The notes: generated from the letters alone by a model not told the origin. DNA of 64,000 bases from Candidatus Poribacteria bacterium (GCA_963665235.2 CAXXLX010000001.1:1664001-1728000); one strand, 5' to 3'; positions 1-11,058 are shown, counted from the first letter of the stretch. Translations and numbers: made by a program.

Positions 1-542
1 GGTCCGATGAGGCACTTCTTGGGATAGAAAAATTGGAACGGACGAACACCAAACAGGATTGGAAACATTTTTTTCGATTCTGGTTGGCTGTCCGAACGAA
101 TCGACTGCTGCTGTACGCCAGAAAGAAAGAGTGGGAACGTTTCGATGAAATCCTTACGGAAGTGAGTGCTTACATGGAAGTGGAGTTGAAAAAATGGGAT
201 GCAGGTCAACCCGTAAATCTTAGCGACCTTGTCTGGTTCACTCACGATATTGGGTGTTGTCTGGTCTGGACGAGGAGGTATAGCGAGGCGGTCCGTTTCC
301 TACAGGTCGCCAGTGATTTGGGAAACAAAAATCATTATGGGCATTTCATGCTTGCCGTGAGCATCTGGGCATCGGAGAAAGAGCGGGAGAAGACTTTACA
401 TCATCTAAAGATAGCTCAGGATTACTATGCGGTAGATTACTATAATTTTCGGGATAGCTACTACCCATCTTTCCGTGGAACCCCTGAATTTTCGGATGTC
501 AAAGATGATCCGGAATTTCTGAAAGTTCTGGGACAGAAGTAA
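1..542 (+). CDS. TPR-like helical repeat protein (probably 5' truncated by window edge)
   Basis: ORF 33-542; helical segments 'YSEAVRFLQVASDLG', 'HFMLAVSIWA..EKTLHHLKIA'; C-terminal 'PEFSDVKDDPEFLKVL' resembles TPR-end motif. Confidence 0.5.
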   Translation, partial: SDEALLGIEKLERTNTKQDWKHFFRFWLAVRTNRLLLYARKKEWERFDEILTEVSAYMEVELKKWDAGQPVNLSDLVWFTHDIGCCLVWTRRYSEAVRFLQVASDLGNKNHYGHFMLAVSIWASEKEREKTLHHLKIAQDYYAVDYYNFRDSYYPSFRGTPEFSDVKDDPEFLKVLGQK

Positions 543-610
543 GTCGATTGAATTATTAGACATTATGCCGGTTTAATTGTAGTCCTCTGTTTCGTTAGCA
601 GGGACGGTGC

Positions 611-758
611 GTAGGGGCGGGGTTTCCCCGCCCGATTTGAAATCGTGTTTATAGGGCGAGGGGACCTCGCCCCTACAAGGTTCACAGGCGCATTCTGATT
701 AAATCATTATAACGTCTATTATTTCTGTGGTAGGTTCGGTTTCCTAACCGCACCTACC
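611..758. repeat. Cluster of GTAG-type REP palindromes (inverted pair plus a third hairpin)
   Basis: GTAGGGGCGGGGTTTCCCCGCCC at 611, inverted GGGCGAGGGGACCTCGCCCCTAC ending ~676, GTAGGTTCGGTTTCCTAACCGCACCTAC at ~729. Confidence 0.7.
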
Positions 759-797
759 AATCCTAAGATATTAAGCACTAATCACGGAGGATGTTAA

Positions 798-2812
798 TTG
801 ATGAACCCACAGAAAACTTCTGCGGTAGTGTTCAGCATCACACTATCGCTTATTTTAATCGTAAACGGACAGAACGTCGCGGCACAAAACACACAAACCG
901 TTAAGAAAGAACTCCCCGCAGTCAAAACGGAACAGCCACCAACTATTGATGGTGTTCTCGACGATGCTTGTTGGCAAGACGCACCAAAAGCCGTTGGTTT
1001 CACCGACCAACGCACCGAAAGACCTGCCAAAAATCAATCCATCGGTAGACTAATTTACACAGATAAAGCCATCTATACGTCGGCCTTCACCTCTACGATG
1101 ATATGCCCGACAAAATTGTGGCGCGTCAAATCAAAGATCAGACGCGAATCAGCGGGGAAGACTGGGTGTCGTTCAGTCTCGACCCATTCCACACACACCA
1201 GTTTTCCGACAGGAATTTTTTCATCGTAAATCCACTCGGCACGAAATACGCGCATCTCGCCACCGGCCGGGCAGAAAAGAGCGAATGGATTGGGCTCTGG
1301 AAAGCTGCAGCACAGATTGTCCAAGATGGATGGGTTGTAGAGATGGAAATCCCATGGCAGATGCTGGATTACCCCGACACAAAAAAACCTATTCGGATGG
1401 GCATCAACTTTGACAGGTTGCAACAACGGACCAGCGAACGTTCATGGTGGTGCAATTTAGGGGTTCAGGAATTTCGAGAAAACGATGGACATTGGATTGA
1501 CGTATTACCCCCGCCGCGAAAACGTGAGCTAAAGGTGTTACCCTACCTAATTGGCGGTATCAGCGAATCAGAAACTTCTGTAGGAGCGACCTCCCGGTCG
1601 CGAAGAGAATATACCGCTCGCGCAGGAGCGGACCTACGTTATGAGATTACGCCACAACTCCGCCTCATCGGAACAGCTAACCCCGATTTTGATAACATTG
1701 AACAAGCTGTCGAAGGCATCGACTTTTCTTACGGCGAACGTTACGTTGGGGACCGGCGTCCGTTCTTTTCCGAAGGTGGAAATGTGTATCATCTCGGCAA
1801 TCTTTTCTATTCACGTCGGATAATGGATATGGATGGCGGGCTTAAGCTGTTTGGGAAATTAGGAAAAAACACCTCCGTTGGCACGTTAGGTACCTATCAT
1901 CGCAACAATCAGAACTTCATTTTACGTGCAAAACAATCCTTAACAGCAACTTCCCACATCATCGCCGGGTTTCTAACGCACCATCGTCCTGACATGGCTA
2001 CAAATAGTGTAGGTCACCTTTCAGGGAGTGTTAGACACGGTAAGTTTTCGGCGGAATCAAGCTTCACACAAAGTTGGGAAGGGGGGGCAGATGGAAGAAC
2101 AGGAGATGTCAATTTAAGATACAACGGTTCGCTTTTTCAATCAGTGTTATTTGGATATTTTGTAGCTCCAGATTTCGTCAATAACCTCGGCTATCGACCG
2201 TTCACCGGCCTCCGTGGCGGCGGTTTAGAAGGAATCATCTCAAACGAATGGCGGCACGGATTAATCCGTAGTATTTTCGTTGGGGGGAATGTTATAGCTG
2301 CTAACAATTACGAGGGTGAGGTATTTCAGCGAGATTTCTCAGTCTTCTCAAATTTCTCGACACATAGTGATTACGGACTTTCTATTAATTGGTATGGCGG
2401 ACGATTTCAAGAATACACTGATAGTGTTTTTAGCATTGGATTAAGAGCACGTACCTCAGATCAGTTCAACAATGTCAGTGTTAGCTATAATTGGGGTGAA
2501 CAGGCAGATAAACGACTTCATCGCGTCAGTGGAAACCTGAATCTCCGTGTCTACGGTTTCACAGCAGGACTTTCCTCAAGTATCCAATGGCATTTTGAAA
2601 GACGCTACCAACAAATCCTAACCCTCGCGTATGATTTCAGCCCCGCCCTAAGCCTCGGCAGCCGATTAATCTGGCAAGTGGAGGGGATCAATATTTACTT
2701 TGCATTGCGCCGCTCTGGATATGCTGGCACCGATTTCTTCATTATCCTCGGTGACCCAAACGCATTGGAATTCAAACAACGCTTGATCGCAAAAGTGATT
2801 CGGGCATTTTAG
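798..2812 (+). pseudogene. Secreted CBM9-like/DUF5916-type outer-membrane protein, frameshifted at ~1075
   Basis: Signal peptide and 'PPTIDGVLDDACW' in ORF 798-1229; continuation in ORF 1103-2812 ('DGWVVEMEIPW', 'NPDFDNIE', 'RRPFFSEG', 'FYSRRI'). Removing 2 bp from ATCTATACGTC joins the frames (AIYVGLHLYDDMPDK). Confidence 0.7.
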
Positions 2813-3012
2813 TGAGGTGGTGTCCATCTTTCCTCCGCGTTTTCCGTGTTCTCTGTGTTTTCCGCGATTCTGACAACACACACGCGAAATCCATCCTTCC
2901 ACTCTTCCAATCTTCCATTCTTCATATTTTCCCGCTTTACATTTCTTCGCGAATCTGTTATCATAGAGAAAATATTATCTTGAGCGACAGACCGCTTTTT
3001 AGGAGCAAACCC

Positions 3013-4140
3013 TTGGCAGACTACGCAAAAGCCGCTGTGTATCCCTCAGAACTGCGCGAATTTGAGGATGACAAAACAGGCACCCATATTTATCAACTTA
3101 CAAACGATACCTCTATTAACCATAATCTCTATTTCTTGACACCCTCGTTCACGCCGGACCAGAAGCATCTGCTTTTTACCTCGTACCGTTCTGGAAAACC
3201 CAATTTTTTCAAATTGGAATTTCCTGATGGGAATATTGTACAGTTGACAGATGCCGACGAAGTACACGGCTACTCCGGGGTAATTTCCAAAGATGGCAAT
3301 GAGCTTTTTTATACGGAAGCAGCCGCTATCAAGGCGATTCATCTTGACACCTTTGCGGAACGCGTGCTTCAAGAATTCCCCGGGGGCAGTCTCGGCGAAT
3401 GTAGCGTAAGCGCGGATGAACAGTTTATCGTAACAGCCATGAAACGCGATGGCAAATCGCACATCACCGTCACCGCCACGGATGGCAGCGGCGGCGAGGT
3501 TATCTATACTTCGCCAGAACAGACCATTATCCACCCGCAGTTCCACCCGAAACATCCCGAACTCATCGCTTATTCCGGTGACCCCGCCCCACGAATGTGG
3601 ACTATCAAACGGGATGGCACCGAAAACCGATTGCTGTATCAACATGAAAACAGCGAGTTTCTCGTCCACGAAACGTTCCTCGGCGCGCAGGACGAACTGA
3701 TTGTAACGCACTGGCCATACTCCCTGCGGCGGATATCCTTACAAACACTACAGATGCAGACAATTGCAGATTTCAATGCATGGCATATTGCAAGCAATCA
3801 AGCGGGAACAAAGGTGTTGTGCGACACGGTACACCCCGATATCGGTCTGCGATTGGTCGATGTGGAAACAGGTGAACACGCGCCTATCTGTTATCCGCAG
3901 AGTTCATGTAGCGGAAGCCAATGGAAAAAGGACCGGTACGCGCTCGCTGCGGATTGGGCAGCAGCACAGCAGGAAGGCGATAGAGAACGCGCTTTGAGTT
4001 GGATGGAGATGAAGGTGGACACGGTATATGGTCCGCAATGGACACATCCGCACCCCTCGTTTAGTCCTGATGAAACATCGGTCGTATATACATCAGATGT
4101 ATCTGGACATTCGCAGGTTTACGTCGCTATGATTCCGTGA
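3013..4140 (+). CDS. Oligogalacturonate lyase/TolB-like beta-propeller protein
   Basis: 'YFLTPSFTPD', C-terminal 'HPHPSFSPDETSVVYTSD'; TTG start at 3013 after AGGAG, in frame with ORF 2812-4140. Confidence 0.7.
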   Translation: MADYAKAAVYPSELREFEDDKTGTHIYQLTNDTSINHNLYFLTPSFTPDQKHLLFTSYRSGKPNFFKLEFPDGNIVQLTDADEVHGYSGVISKDGNELFYTEAAAIKAIHLDTFAERVLQEFPGGSLGECSVSADEQFIVTAMKRDGKSHITVTATDGSGGEVIYTSPEQTIIHPQFHPKHPELIAYSGDPAPRMWTIKRDGTENRLLYQHENSEFLVHETFLGAQDELIVTHWPYSLRRISLQTLQMQTIADFNAWHIASNQAGTKVLCDTVHPDIGLRLVDVETGEHAPICYPQSSCSGSQWKKDRYALAADWAAAQQEGDRERALSWMEMKVDTVYGPQWTHPHPSFSPDETSVVYTSDVSGHSQVYVAMIP

Positions 4141-4160
4141 GGGGGTACGGATAAAAGCGG

Positions 4161-4799
4161 TCAGGGCAGTTGAGGCACAATATCCTTAAGCGTGCCTTCT
4201 GCTTGCGCGAAATCTTTGATTTTCGGCTCAAGGGCTACTGCTTGTCTGAGGGAATCCAAAGCCTTTTGCGGTTTATCCTCTAATGCATAAGCACATGCTA
4301 AGTTGTAGTGGAGCAGGGCAGTGTTCGGAAAGGTTTGAAGTGCCTCCAGGCATACCTTGCGAGCAGCAGCAGGAAGATTCTGCTGGAGATAGGCTGTCAT
4401 CAGATTGATGTGGCCCTCCACAACATCCGGTGCCATCTCAATTGCCACCTTTAGATTTTCCACTGCCTCCGCGTATTGTTTCGTATACAAATAGGCGCGT
4501 CCGAGGTTGTTATATGCAGAGGGGGAGTTTCTGAAAAAAAGCGTGCGTTTTTTGTTCCGAATCGCTTTTTTGTAGGCTGCAATCGCTTTTTCCGGTTCAC
4601 CGTTACGCATGTGGAAACCAGCTTCGCGATAGTTATCATTGAACTGCGTTTGATGGTGCCAGACCCACAGAAATAGAACGGTCACCGCAAGGCAAAACGT
4701 CATACACCCGATTCTGAAAACTTTGTTCGTGAACGTTTGTTCCGCCTCAGAGTCCTCTATAGGTTGGTGTTCTTGAGGTTGAGTTTCGTTAGAATTCAT
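4161..4799 (-). CDS. Membrane-anchored TPR protein
   Basis: N-terminal TM helix; TPR motifs 'AYNNLGRAY', 'HYNLACAYAL'. Confidence 0.8.
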   Translation of the reverse strand: MNSNETQPQEHQPIEDSEAEQTFTNKVFRIGCMTFCLAVTVLFLWVWHHQTQFNDNYREAGFHMRNGEPEKAIAAYKKAIRNKKRTLFFRNSPSAYNNLGRAYLYTKQYAEAVENLKVAIEMAPDVVEGHINLMTAYLQQNLPAAARKVCLEALQTFPNTALLHYNLACAYALEDKPQKALDSLRQAVALEPKIKDFAQAEGTLKDIVPQLP

Positions 4800-4863
4800 A
4801 ATTTATTTTCATGACAGTAGGCATTCTCCGAATGCCGGACGCAACAGAAGGGAGACATATCAA

Positions 4864-5919
4864 ATGAAAACTTACGGTTTTGGTATCATAGGGTGCGGAA
4901 TGGTTTCCGATTTTCATTCCGCAGCAATTTCTGAATTAGAACACGGTCAGTTAGTTGCTGTGAGCTCACGAAATCCTGACAATGCAAAACGGCTCACAGA
5001 TAAATATAACGTTGAAGGCTATAGCGATTATACCGAAATGCTCAAACGGGATGACCTCGATATTGTATGTGTTTGTACACCCAGTGGCGCACATCTTGAG
5101 CCGGCTGTTGCTGCAGCCGAAGCGGGTAAACACGTTATTGTCGAAAAACCGCTGGAAATCACATTGCAACGGTGCGATGAAATTATTGATGCCTGCGATA
5201 GTGCCGGGGTTCGGTTATGTGCCATCTTCAATTCTCGCTTTACTGAAGGTGCACAACTTGTTAAATCGACGATTGAGAGCGGGCGATTCGGCAAGTTGAC
5301 ATTGGGCGACGCTTACATCAAGTGGTATCGTTCCCAAGAATACTACGACAGCGGCGGATGGCGTGGCACGTGGCATCTCGACGGTGGCGGCGCGCTTATG
5401 AATCAATCTATCCATGCCATTGATCTGTTACAGTATTTCATGGGCCCCGTCCAGTCCGTGCAAGCGTTCACCGCCACGTTAGCACACAAGCGGATAGAGG
5501 TTGAAGACGCTGCTGTCGCTGCCCTCCGCTTCGAAAACGGAGCGTTGGGCGTTATTGAAGGCACAACCGCCGCCTACCCCGGTATGCTTAAGAAAACTGA
5601 AATCTGCGGTACAAAAGGCACTGTGATTTTAGAGGAAGAGGACATTGTCAAATGGGAATTTGACCCGGTGCTGCCAGCAGATGCCGAGATTCGGGAAAAA
5701 TTCGCCAAAAAGACCGACACCGGCGGCGGTGCATCCGACCCACGCGCTATCAACCATGCAAATCACCGGCGGCAGATGGAAAATCTGATTGCCGGGCTTG
5801 AAAGCGATGCATCACATCTCGTTGACGGCCGTGAGGGCCGAAAGGCAGTTGAAATTATCCTCGCCATCTACCAGTCCAGCCGTGAGGGCCGCATCGTCGA
5901 ATTGCCACTTCCGATCTAA
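4864..5919 (+). CDS. Gfo/Idh/MocA family oxidoreductase
   Basis: GIIGCG Rossmann motif, 'HVIVEKP', 'GGGALMNQSIHAID'. Confidence 0.92.
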   Translation: MKTYGFGIIGCGMVSDFHSAAISELEHGQLVAVSSRNPDNAKRLTDKYNVEGYSDYTEMLKRDDLDIVCVCTPSGAHLEPAVAAAEAGKHVIVEKPLEITLQRCDEIIDACDSAGVRLCAIFNSRFTEGAQLVKSTIESGRFGKLTLGDAYIKWYRSQEYYDSGGWRGTWHLDGGGALMNQSIHAIDLLQYFMGPVQSVQAFTATLAHKRIEVEDAAVAALRFENGALGVIEGTTAAYPGMLKKTEICGTKGTVILEEEDIVKWEFDPVLPADAEIREKFAKKTDTGGGASDPRAINHANHRRQMENLIAGLESDASHLVDGREGRKAVEIILAIYQSSREGRIVELPLPI

Positions 5920-6881
5920 GGATAATCAAACACAATCTTGATTGCTTCGTTTTTGCGGTTCAGTGCCATCTCAAATCCTTTTTGCGCCTCGGTGAACGGT
6001 AGATGATGCGTTATAATCGGTGAAACATCCAGGCGGCCTTGGGCAATCATATCCATCGCTAACGGAAAATCGTTGGGTACGTCCGGCCCGACTGAACCGA
6101 TGAATCGGATGTTCTGGCGGAAGAATTCGCTGAAATTGAAGCTATAGACTTCATCGTCCGGTACACCGAAGGCGAGTAGGGTTCCGCCGCGTTTCAGAAG
6201 GGTGAGGCACTGGTTAATCGTTTCAGTTTGGTGCCCGACCACTTCAACAACGAGGTCCGCCATTCTACCGTCCGTAATTTCCTTAACCACCTCGACGAGG
6301 TCTTCGTGCGTAGGGTTAATCGTGTGTGTAGCATGCATCCGCTTGGATACCTCAAGCCGAAAATCGACCAAATCGGTCGTTATCACTGTTCGTGCGCCAA
6401 GGTTGCTCAACATGTGCGTAAAGAGCAGTCCCATCGGGCCCTGTCCTATAACAACGGTATCCAGATTAAGCAGATTGCCTAATTTTCGGCATGCCCAAAC
6501 GACCGTGCCAAGCGGTTGCGCCATCAAAATACAATCTTTTCGGGCACATTCTGCCAACGGCACGGTTACACTTTCATCCGATAGGAAGTATTCTGAAAGT
6601 CCCCCGATGTGTCGTGGCAATGCGAGCACCTCGTCCCCCTCCTTGAATTTGTCCGATTTGGTCTCGGTTACAACGCCAATTGCTTCGTGAATAGAAAGCC
6701 CGGGACCGAGCGGGTAACGTTCCGCTGGATGTTCAAGCACAAACGACGGCATATCACTGCCACAGACTGCACTGTGAAGGGTTTTTATCATGACAGTGCC
6801 GCTCGGATATGCGGAGAGTTCTGGTTTTTCTATATCAATCATTTCAATTTGACGTGGTGCGACAATTTGGCCTACTTTCAT
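5916..6881 (-). CDS. Zinc-binding (MDR) dehydrogenase
   Basis: 'CGSD', 'HEAIG', 'GQGPMG' motifs. Confidence 0.88.
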   Translation of the reverse strand: MKVGQIVAPRQIEMIDIEKPELSAYPSGTVMIKTLHSAVCGSDMPSFVLEHPAERYPLGPGLSIHEAIGVVTETKSDKFKEGDEVLALPRHIGGLSEYFLSDESVTVPLAECARKDCILMAQPLGTVVWACRKLGNLLNLDTVVIGQGPMGLLFTHMLSNLGARTVITTDLVDFRLEVSKRMHATHTINPTHEDLVEVVKEITDGRMADLVVEVVGHQTETINQCLTLLKRGGTLLAFGVPDDEVYSFNFSEFFRQNIRFIGSVGPDVPNDFPLAMDMIAQGRLDVSPIITHHLPFTEAQKGFEMALNRKNEAIKIVFDYP

Positions 6882-7891
6882 AAAACCCCCTTATCGGAAG
6901 AGAGGATAGACAACACACGCTCATGCAGTATCCCGTTTGTTGCAACGACTCCGCGATTTTCGTTCATACGTCTCCCGCTAAGAAAGTTAAGCGGTTGTCC
7001 GTTTGCGTCTGTTACGCAGCCACCTGCTTCTTCAACGACAATTAACCCTGCGGCGTGATCCCATATACATTCCCTATAGTCAGGGTATTGTGGGTTTGGC
7101 AGGCGAATATAGAGGGCTGCTTCGCCGCGTGCAACGATGCCGTACTTGGCTTGACTATCTATTCGGATAGGTGGTGCGTTGAGCCCCAGCTGCTTTGCAA
7201 TTTTGATGTGCGTATCGCTATCCCCATGTGTAGATTCAAAGCTTTCTGCTAAGCGCGTCACATTTTTTGAAACGTGCGCGTCTGCTAAGCGATGATTTCC
7301 ATTTATAGCGTAAACTGCTGTGCCTTCCCCGCGGGTGGCAACAAAGAGGCACCCGCGTTCGGTTTTAGGCGTATCCAATCGGTGCGGTAAATTAGGGCAT
7401 CCCAAAACGCCTATTTGAACCTCGCCATTGACAATCCATGCCAGGGCAATTGCGTATTGGTCGTGGCGCAGGAAACCCTTAGTACCATCGATTGGGTCAA
7501 GCGTCCAGAAACCCGATTTTTGAACGTCACCCGCCCCCCGGTCAATCCAGTTGCAGACGTTTTGTTGAAAGTTCTCTGTTTTCGAGGTATCAGTCTGCAC
7601 AAAACGTTTGACGTAGTCGGTGACACGCTCTAAAAGGTGCCTGTTCCGTTTGAGTGATTGTGCGTCTTCCTCAGCGACAATAACATCTTCAGGAAAAGCA
7701 CCACCGATTGCTTTACATATCAGTGCCTGTGCCCCGAAGTCCGCCACGGTAACGGGGCTCCGGTCGGTTTTTTGAATAGCATCGGTTGATACCATTTCAG
7801 TTTGAACCTGTTGGCAGAGTTCACTCGCTTTTCGGACCGCATCAATTGCGACCTGTTTTTTACATGGCATTTCTTCTGTCCTACAGCACAC
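6878..7891 (-). CDS. 3'(2'),5'-bisphosphate nucleotidase (inositol monophosphatase family, HAL2-like)
   Basis: 'SPVTVADFGAQ', 'WTLDPIDGTKGF', 'GVLGCPNL', 'DSQAKY', 'IWDHAAG'. Confidence 0.88.
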   Translation of the reverse strand: MCCRTEEMPCKKQVAIDAVRKASELCQQVQTEMVSTDAIQKTDRSPVTVADFGAQALICKAIGGAFPEDVIVAEEDAQSLKRNRHLLERVTDYVKRFVQTDTSKTENFQQNVCNWIDRGAGDVQKSGFWTLDPIDGTKGFLRHDQYAIALAWIVNGEVQIGVLGCPNLPHRLDTPKTERGCLFVATRGEGTAVYAINGNHRLADAHVSKNVTRLAESFESTHGDSDTHIKIAKQLGLNAPPIRIDSQAKYGIVARGEAALYIRLPNPQYPDYRECIWDHAAGLIVVEEAGGCVTDANGQPLNFLSGRRMNENRGVVATNGILHERVLSILSSDKGVL

Positions 7892-7912
7892 GATAGTGTC
7901 TGCTGCCTCCTT

Positions 7913-8539
7913 TCAAAACAGTGTTAATTTCGGCAGTTCGTCCGTTTCTTGTAGTTTTTGTTTGACTTCGGCGATGTCGTTAATGACCGTGTTCCGCATT
8001 AATCTAAAATTGTTCCCCTCTTGCCGTAATACATACGCCGGATTAAAGGTTGCCATAGCAAAAGGTGCATAATGCGTATCCGTAAACCAATGTCCGCGTT
8101 GCTCTGTGATGCGGAAGCTGCGATGGATGAGCGTTTTTGCTGCGGGCGCGCCCATACATAAAATTACGGAAGGCTTAATTAGGGTAAGTTCACCATCAAG
8201 CCATTTGGCACACGCTCTAATTTCCGCTGATTTCGGGGGTCGGTTTTTCAACACGCCATTTTTAAAGTCAGCGGCACGGCATTTGATAATGTTCGTTAGC
8301 CAAATGTCACTTCGCATCAAGCCGTTTGCAATCAGCACTTCATCTAGGAGCTCTCCAGCGGGGCCTGAAAATGGAAACGTGGTTTGATTGTCAGCGGCAG
8401 ACGGGCCTTCGGCCACAATAGTTAATTTTGCGGCGGTATCGCCAGCGCCAAAAACCACGTTAGCACGGGTTTCCGCCAGGGCACAATCCGTACAAACGTT
8501 TGCGCGGGTTTTGAGGGTTTGCATCTGTGTGTGTGTCAT
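7913..8539 (-). CDS. Uracil-DNA glycosylase, family 4 (Fe-S)
   Basis: CxxC..L..R.NVVFG, 'TNIIKCR', 'NRPP..EI.AC'. Confidence 0.8.
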   Translation of the reverse strand: MTHTQMQTLKTRANVCTDCALAETRANVVFGAGDTAAKLTIVAEGPSAADNQTTFPFSGPAGELLDEVLIANGLMRSDIWLTNIIKCRAADFKNGVLKNRPPKSAEIRACAKWLDGELTLIKPSVILCMGAPAAKTLIHRSFRITEQRGHWFTDTHYAPFAMATFNPAYVLRQEGNNFRLMRNTVINDIAEVKQKLQETDELPKLTLF

Positions 8540-8562
8540 AACGGGTGAACCGCTCTATCTCT

Positions 8563-11058
8563 TCAAGTTTGCTGGGTGCTGCCGGTAGTCTTTGTAAACT
8601 GCACGCTGGCGTGGACAAGTGTCTCGGTTGGGGAGAAAGTTAACTTATAAATCGGTTTCTCCCAGCTGTATTGATAATTCCCGCCATAAGCCGATACATT
8701 TATTGGGAGGTAGTCCTCCGGTACATGGATAAAACAGGTCCCGGTTGCCTGTCTAGGCGGTTTGATAATCAGGAGATAACTTTGACTGTGAGAGTCCCAT
8801 CCGGACGATAAAATTTCAACCGCCCCTTGGGTATAGTGCATATCTGTAGCGAGCAGCTGCGGTACGTTTTGTTCTTCTCGGAAGCAGAGCAATTTCGCGG
8901 AGCGAGGGGCGATATTAACCAGCGTGACATTTTTAGAAACAACCCCTAGGTACTGTTGCATCCAAAAATCGTGAACGAGATAGTCTTTATCAGGATTAAG
9001 CCCGAAGGTGTCAAGATTTAGATGGACATCGTCCTGTTGGTCTTTCCAATTAAAAACTGCTGCAAGATGCCATGCTTCGCGCGATGTTTGAACGGGTAAG
9101 TGCCATATTCTGGGAAAAGGGCCGTCATATCGATCAATAGGAGTTGCGGCGTTACCGCCCAATGGTAACAGCTTCGCCAGCAATTCAGCGCGATGCGGGG
9201 AAAGGGTTGTAGGCGTATCCGCGCATAAGGTCGCAGCACCACTTAACGCAGCTGCTGTCATCTCAACGATTGCCTCATTAACAGGCCGAGGTTCATCTAC
9301 GGTGAGCTCCCCGTAGACGTAGTGCCACAACGTATTATGTGCACTGAGATGTCCGGTGTACCGGCTCAGCCTATGCTTAACGCCGTTTTTCTCATGCCAC
9401 AAGTCACTTTGATATGCCCCCTTTTGCCGCGGCATCGGATAATTGATACCGAAAGTACCGATACTTGCACTCTCAATTAGATTGTACCCAGCAAGCACAC
9501 CATCGCTTTCCGTTTCATCGACAGCTTTCTGTAGCAAACGGACCGCTAACCGGTATAATTCGGCTGAAGTGAGCGAGCTATCATGCCAGTTCGCCTGCGC
9601 AGCAATGGACATCATGCCATTGGTATAACTCGACAAATCGACTTTAATGAGGTCATATCCCCAATTATCTACGATATGCTTAATCAATTCACGGACACGG
9701 GTTTGTGCTTCCGGATGCGATACATCCAATATAACCACAGCAGGCCCTCTGCCGGGTAAATGCACCTCAGCAGGCGCATCGCCGGTTCGCAGACATGCCG
9801 CCGGATGCTTTTGCACCCACTCCGAATTACACACAACGCCAAACGGGTCGATACAGATACCTGCCTTGAAACCGCACCCATGAATACGTTCTACCAGTGG
9901 GCGCATGCCTTCAGGGAAGTGTTCAGGGTTCAGGGTTAAGTCTCCAGGAGCAGTTTGCCACCCGAGGTCTAAATGAATGTAGACATCTTCCCCGGTCACT
10001 GTCGGGTTAAAAAGCGGACTTTCGGCAATTGTGGAGGTTTGTTCCTCGATGCTCTTAGCACTGAGCTCGCCTTCAAGATTCTCCAAGGTGAAATTCCAGC
10101 CTGTGAAAACCTTGCAAGCGGGAGGTTTTCCGAGGGATGTGTTTTCTGGCGAGGTTGTAGGCGGCGTTTGCACCATAGCCTCGGTTGCAATTCGTTCGAT
10201 GTAGCGCGTATGGACTGAAGGCGCATCTTCTGAAAAGTCAAGGTAGCCGATTTCGGAGGTTATCTGTTCGCCAACTTGACACTCATATCGTTCACAATCA
10301 TGGTAAAGTGCCCAAGCTGTTAACCCTTGGGGTGATTTACGTTTAGGGGGTTGGTAACCTATCTGAATATGGGGCCACCACCGTTCGGTTGTAAGAAAAC
10401 CGAACATGAATGCCTTTTTGCTATCGGTATCGTGTAGGATGCCGTTATGATAAGATTGTATAGGAAGGTTGTCTTGACTTAAGCAGAATCCATCGTAGAT
10501 TTTTCGATAACTCTCGTTCGCTGATATCGGGGGCGTTTTCAGAAAAAGATGGTATTGGGAGGGATGCCCCCCTAATTGAACAGTTCCCTGCTGAGCGGCG
10601 ATATCGATCAGCGTGATACTCGTTAGACGGATAGGCACCTGCTTCAAGTTTTCAATACAAACTTTCAATAGAATATAGGGGTGGTCCCTGTAGCAGGTGA
10701 GGTACGTATAGACTCGAAGCCCCATTCCATTTGTTGCTGTCTCGTTTGCATGTGAGGAATTTTGGCGTTTTCCTCTGCCCTTTGTAGGTTCATAAGAGAA
10801 CCGTACGGTTTGGTAGGCCCCAAATGCATCTGTCCCCGGCAATTCTGTTTGGAATTCTCTAAGTCCAGCGTCCGAGGTTTTCAACGTAGTGCCATCTTCA
10901 AGGCTCACTTGTGTGTACCCATTCCTGATAACTGTTTGGCCCGTTGCATCCTTATAGTTCCATGTGCCTTTTTGTAAATTAAACTCTATTTTGTATTTGT
11001 GGTGGTTTATCACGACCAGTTTACCTTGCCGTGAGACTGCTAGCTCCTCTAGTTTCAT
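8563..11058 (-). CDS. GH36-like alpha-galactosidase
   Basis: 'LDLGWQ', 'FPEGMRPLVERIH..GFKAGI', 'LDVSHPE', 'WGYDLIKVD', C-terminal 'AVFNW...DFW'. Confidence 0.7.
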   Translation of the reverse strand: MKLEELAVSRQGKLVVINHHKYKIEFNLQKGTWNYKDATGQTVIRNGYTQVSLEDGTTLKTSDAGLREFQTELPGTDAFGAYQTVRFSYEPTKGRGKRQNSSHANETATNGMGLRVYTYLTCYRDHPYILLKVCIENLKQVPIRLTSITLIDIAAQQGTVQLGGHPSQYHLFLKTPPISANESYRKIYDGFCLSQDNLPIQSYHNGILHDTDSKKAFMFGFLTTERWWPHIQIGYQPPKRKSPQGLTAWALYHDCERYECQVGEQITSEIGYLDFSEDAPSVHTRYIERIATEAMVQTPPTTSPENTSLGKPPACKVFTGWNFTLENLEGELSAKSIEEQTSTIAESPLFNPTVTGEDVYIHLDLGWQTAPGDLTLNPEHFPEGMRPLVERIHGCGFKAGICIDPFGVVCNSEWVQKHPAACLRTGDAPAEVHLPGRGPAVVILDVSHPEAQTRVRELIKHIVDNWGYDLIKVDLSSYTNGMMSIAAQANWHDSSLTSAELYRLAVRLLQKAVDETESDGVLAGYNLIESASIGTFGINYPMPRQKGAYQSDLWHEKNGVKHRLSRYTGHLSAHNTLWHYVYGELTVDEPRPVNEAIVEMTAAALSGAATLCADTPTTLSPHRAELLAKLLPLGGNAATPIDRYDGPFPRIWHLPVQTSREAWHLAAVFNWKDQQDDVHLNLDTFGLNPDKDYLVHDFWMQQYLGVVSKNVTLVNIAPRSAKLLCFREEQNVPQLLATDMHYTQGAVEILSSGWDSHSQSYLLIIKPPRQATGTCFIHVPEDYLPINVSAYGGNYQYSWEKPIYKLTFSPTETLVHASVQFTKTTGSTQQT

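Noticed and set aside
2812-3012. N-terminal extension of ORF 2812-4140
   Set aside because: Low-complexity intergenic repeats; a better RBS and TTG start lie at 3013
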